Below, one piece after another: positions 62,901 through 64,000 of a stretch of 64,000 bases of DNA. Source of the DNA: Blastocatellia bacterium (lineage in GTDB: Bacteria; Acidobacteriota; Blastocatellia; UBA7656). The position numbers and the translations under genes are program-made. Every line of letters starts with the position of its first letter. Within the stretch, counting starts at the first letter, position 1. The notes beneath the pieces were generated by a model, which saw nothing but the letters and a program-made list of their open reading frames with translations, was not told where the DNA came from and searched no databases. The stretch spans positions 672,001-736,000 of the forward strand of contig CAVXWP010000001.1 of assembly GCA_963765495.1 (NCBI GenBank). Reading direction: 5' to 3'.

Positions 62901-62997
62901 CCACCTGCGCGCCCGCTGTCGGGGCTATTCTGTCCTGGCTGGTCAAACACAAAAGGAGGATAAAAAGCGTAACGACAAGTTTCTTTTGACTCATCAT
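56991..62997 (-). pseudogene. bacterial alpha-2-macroglobulin family protein, with a frameshift near 62697 (pseudogene or sequencing error)
   Basis: 1897-aa ORF with Big_5/MG domains (DRGVYRPGEEV, EFRRPEYEV) and thioester CSEQ but no signal peptide. The upstream overlapping frame supplies a signal peptide (MMSQKKLVVTLFILLLCL) up to RSLPPP. Confidence 0.75.
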
Positions 62998-63076
62998 ATT
63001 TGCACTTCCTTGTTGGATTTGGGCACCGGCTGAACGACAACAATATACCCCGCCAGGGAATCGCAGAGCCACTCTG

Positions 63077-63264
63077 GCAGTAGGCAGTATGCAGTAGGCA
63101 GTAGGCAGTAGGCATTGAGTTAAGCCAATTCTCAGTCTAATTGCAACTGCATAATCAGCGAATAGAAATAGGCCACGGATGACGCGGATCAGACGGATTT
63201 ACACGGATTAGTTCTTGATTTCAATATAGCTGCCTACTGCCTACTGCCTACTGCTTACTGCTTA
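63077..63264. repeat. inverted heptamer arrays (GCAGTAG / CTACTGC) enclosing one CACGGAT-family arm
   Basis: gcagtaggcagtatgcagtaggcagtaggcagtagg ... aataggccacggatgacgcggatcagacggatttacacggatt ... ctgcctactgcctactgcctactgcttactgc. Confidence 0.85.
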
Positions 63265-64000
63265 CTGGGTTGGATTGCTGAAGCGAGCGCGCATCATCTC
63301 GGTTGCGCGGGCGCGCGATACCTTCATCACTGCGTCTATGCGTTTGTTTACGCTGCTTACCTTCAGCAGAGAGAGCAACTCTGCCGCGTCGGCGTTTTTG
63401 GATTTCTGGGCTAGCTGCGCGCCCCAGAGTATGAGGTTCAAAGCGCCTGCCTTGGTTTTTGCTTCGTCAGCCGTAGGCGCAAATCCGGTGATCGTGAGCC
63501 GTGCCATCGAGTCGTTCAACTCAAGCTCGATAGTGTTTGACGTCAGATCGTGTATCGGCGACAGAGCGTGCGATTCGCTTATTGCATAAAGTATCTCAAG
63601 CGCCTGCTGATCTATAACGGCAGAGCCGGATTTCTTTATGATCTTCATCTGCGACAGCGACCCGTCACGCTCTATCTCGAAGCCGGCCATGATGGTGAAA
63701 TTCATAACCGGCAAATCGAGCTTGCCGCCTTTGTATTGTTCATAGACGCGACCGACAATATCTTCGATAGGCTGTTGATTTATCTGGCCAAAATCGGTAC
63801 TGGCAGGTTCCTTGTCGGCTTCTTTGGCCTTTTCCTCTTCGGCCTTCTTTTCTTTTTCGGCCTTTTCCTTTTCCGCCTTTTCGCGTTCGGCCTTTTCACG
63901 TTCGGCCTTTTCGCGTTCGCGGCGTTCCCGCTCCTTTATCTCTTCGAGCGACTCGGTCTGGCCTGCGACGGGCGCAGACATCCTGCGCGGCGGAGGCAGT
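63262..64000 (-). CDS. hypothetical protein with charged EKAER repeats and a TonB/TolA C-terminal-like domain, 5'-truncated by the window edge
   Basis: Frame is open to the window end. EKAEREKAEREKAEKE low-complexity helix; FEIERDGSL...KKSGSAVIDQQAL. Confidence 0.6.
   Translation of the reverse strand, partial: LPPPRRMSAPVAGQTESLEEIKERERREREKAEREKAEREKAEKEKAEKEKKAEEEKAKEADKEPASTDFGQINQQPIEDIVGRVYEQYKGGKLDLPVMNFTIMAGFEIERDGSLSQMKIIKKSGSAVIDQQALEILYAISESHALSPIHDLTSNTIELELNDSMARLTITGFAPTADEAKTKAGALNLILWGAQLAQKSKNADAAELLSLLKVSSVNKRIDAVMKVSRARATEMMRARFSNPTQ

Overview
A gene-dense, GC-rich bacterial window. Gene content and repeat style suggest Acidobacteriota (inference only). Bases 1-35 kb form an amino-acid, sulfur and nitrogen assimilation supercluster: cysG-cysH-cysC-sulfite reductase, leuA-ilvBNC-cupin-leuB-gltB-cimA-ilvE-LysR, glnD-PII-amtB-porin-glnA, leuCD, ilvD, and a ThrC-like enzyme with a sulfur-carrier protein. 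Bases 35-64 kb hold secreted/envelope genes, a surface-polysaccharide locus and a frameshifted alpha-2-macroglobulin. The strongest unannotated signal is a probable secreted selenoprotein: two in-frame ORFs (FG-GAP beta-propeller, then ASPIC/UnbV plus a TlpA-like CxxC domain) joined by a TGA that is followed immediately by a SECIS-like hairpin. Also found: tandem SAM-II-type riboswitches, each with its own terminator, upstream of the ThrC-like/MoaD pair (suggesting a sulfur-carrier route to methionine); a Leu/Ile/Val attenuator leader peptide inside the leuA-ilvB operon; a shared LysR-type operator before leuA and leuC; two sigma54 promoters; and many inverted low-complexity repeat elements, one pair of which brackets a four-helix-bundle gene. 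All calls were made by reading the sequence; no searches were run.
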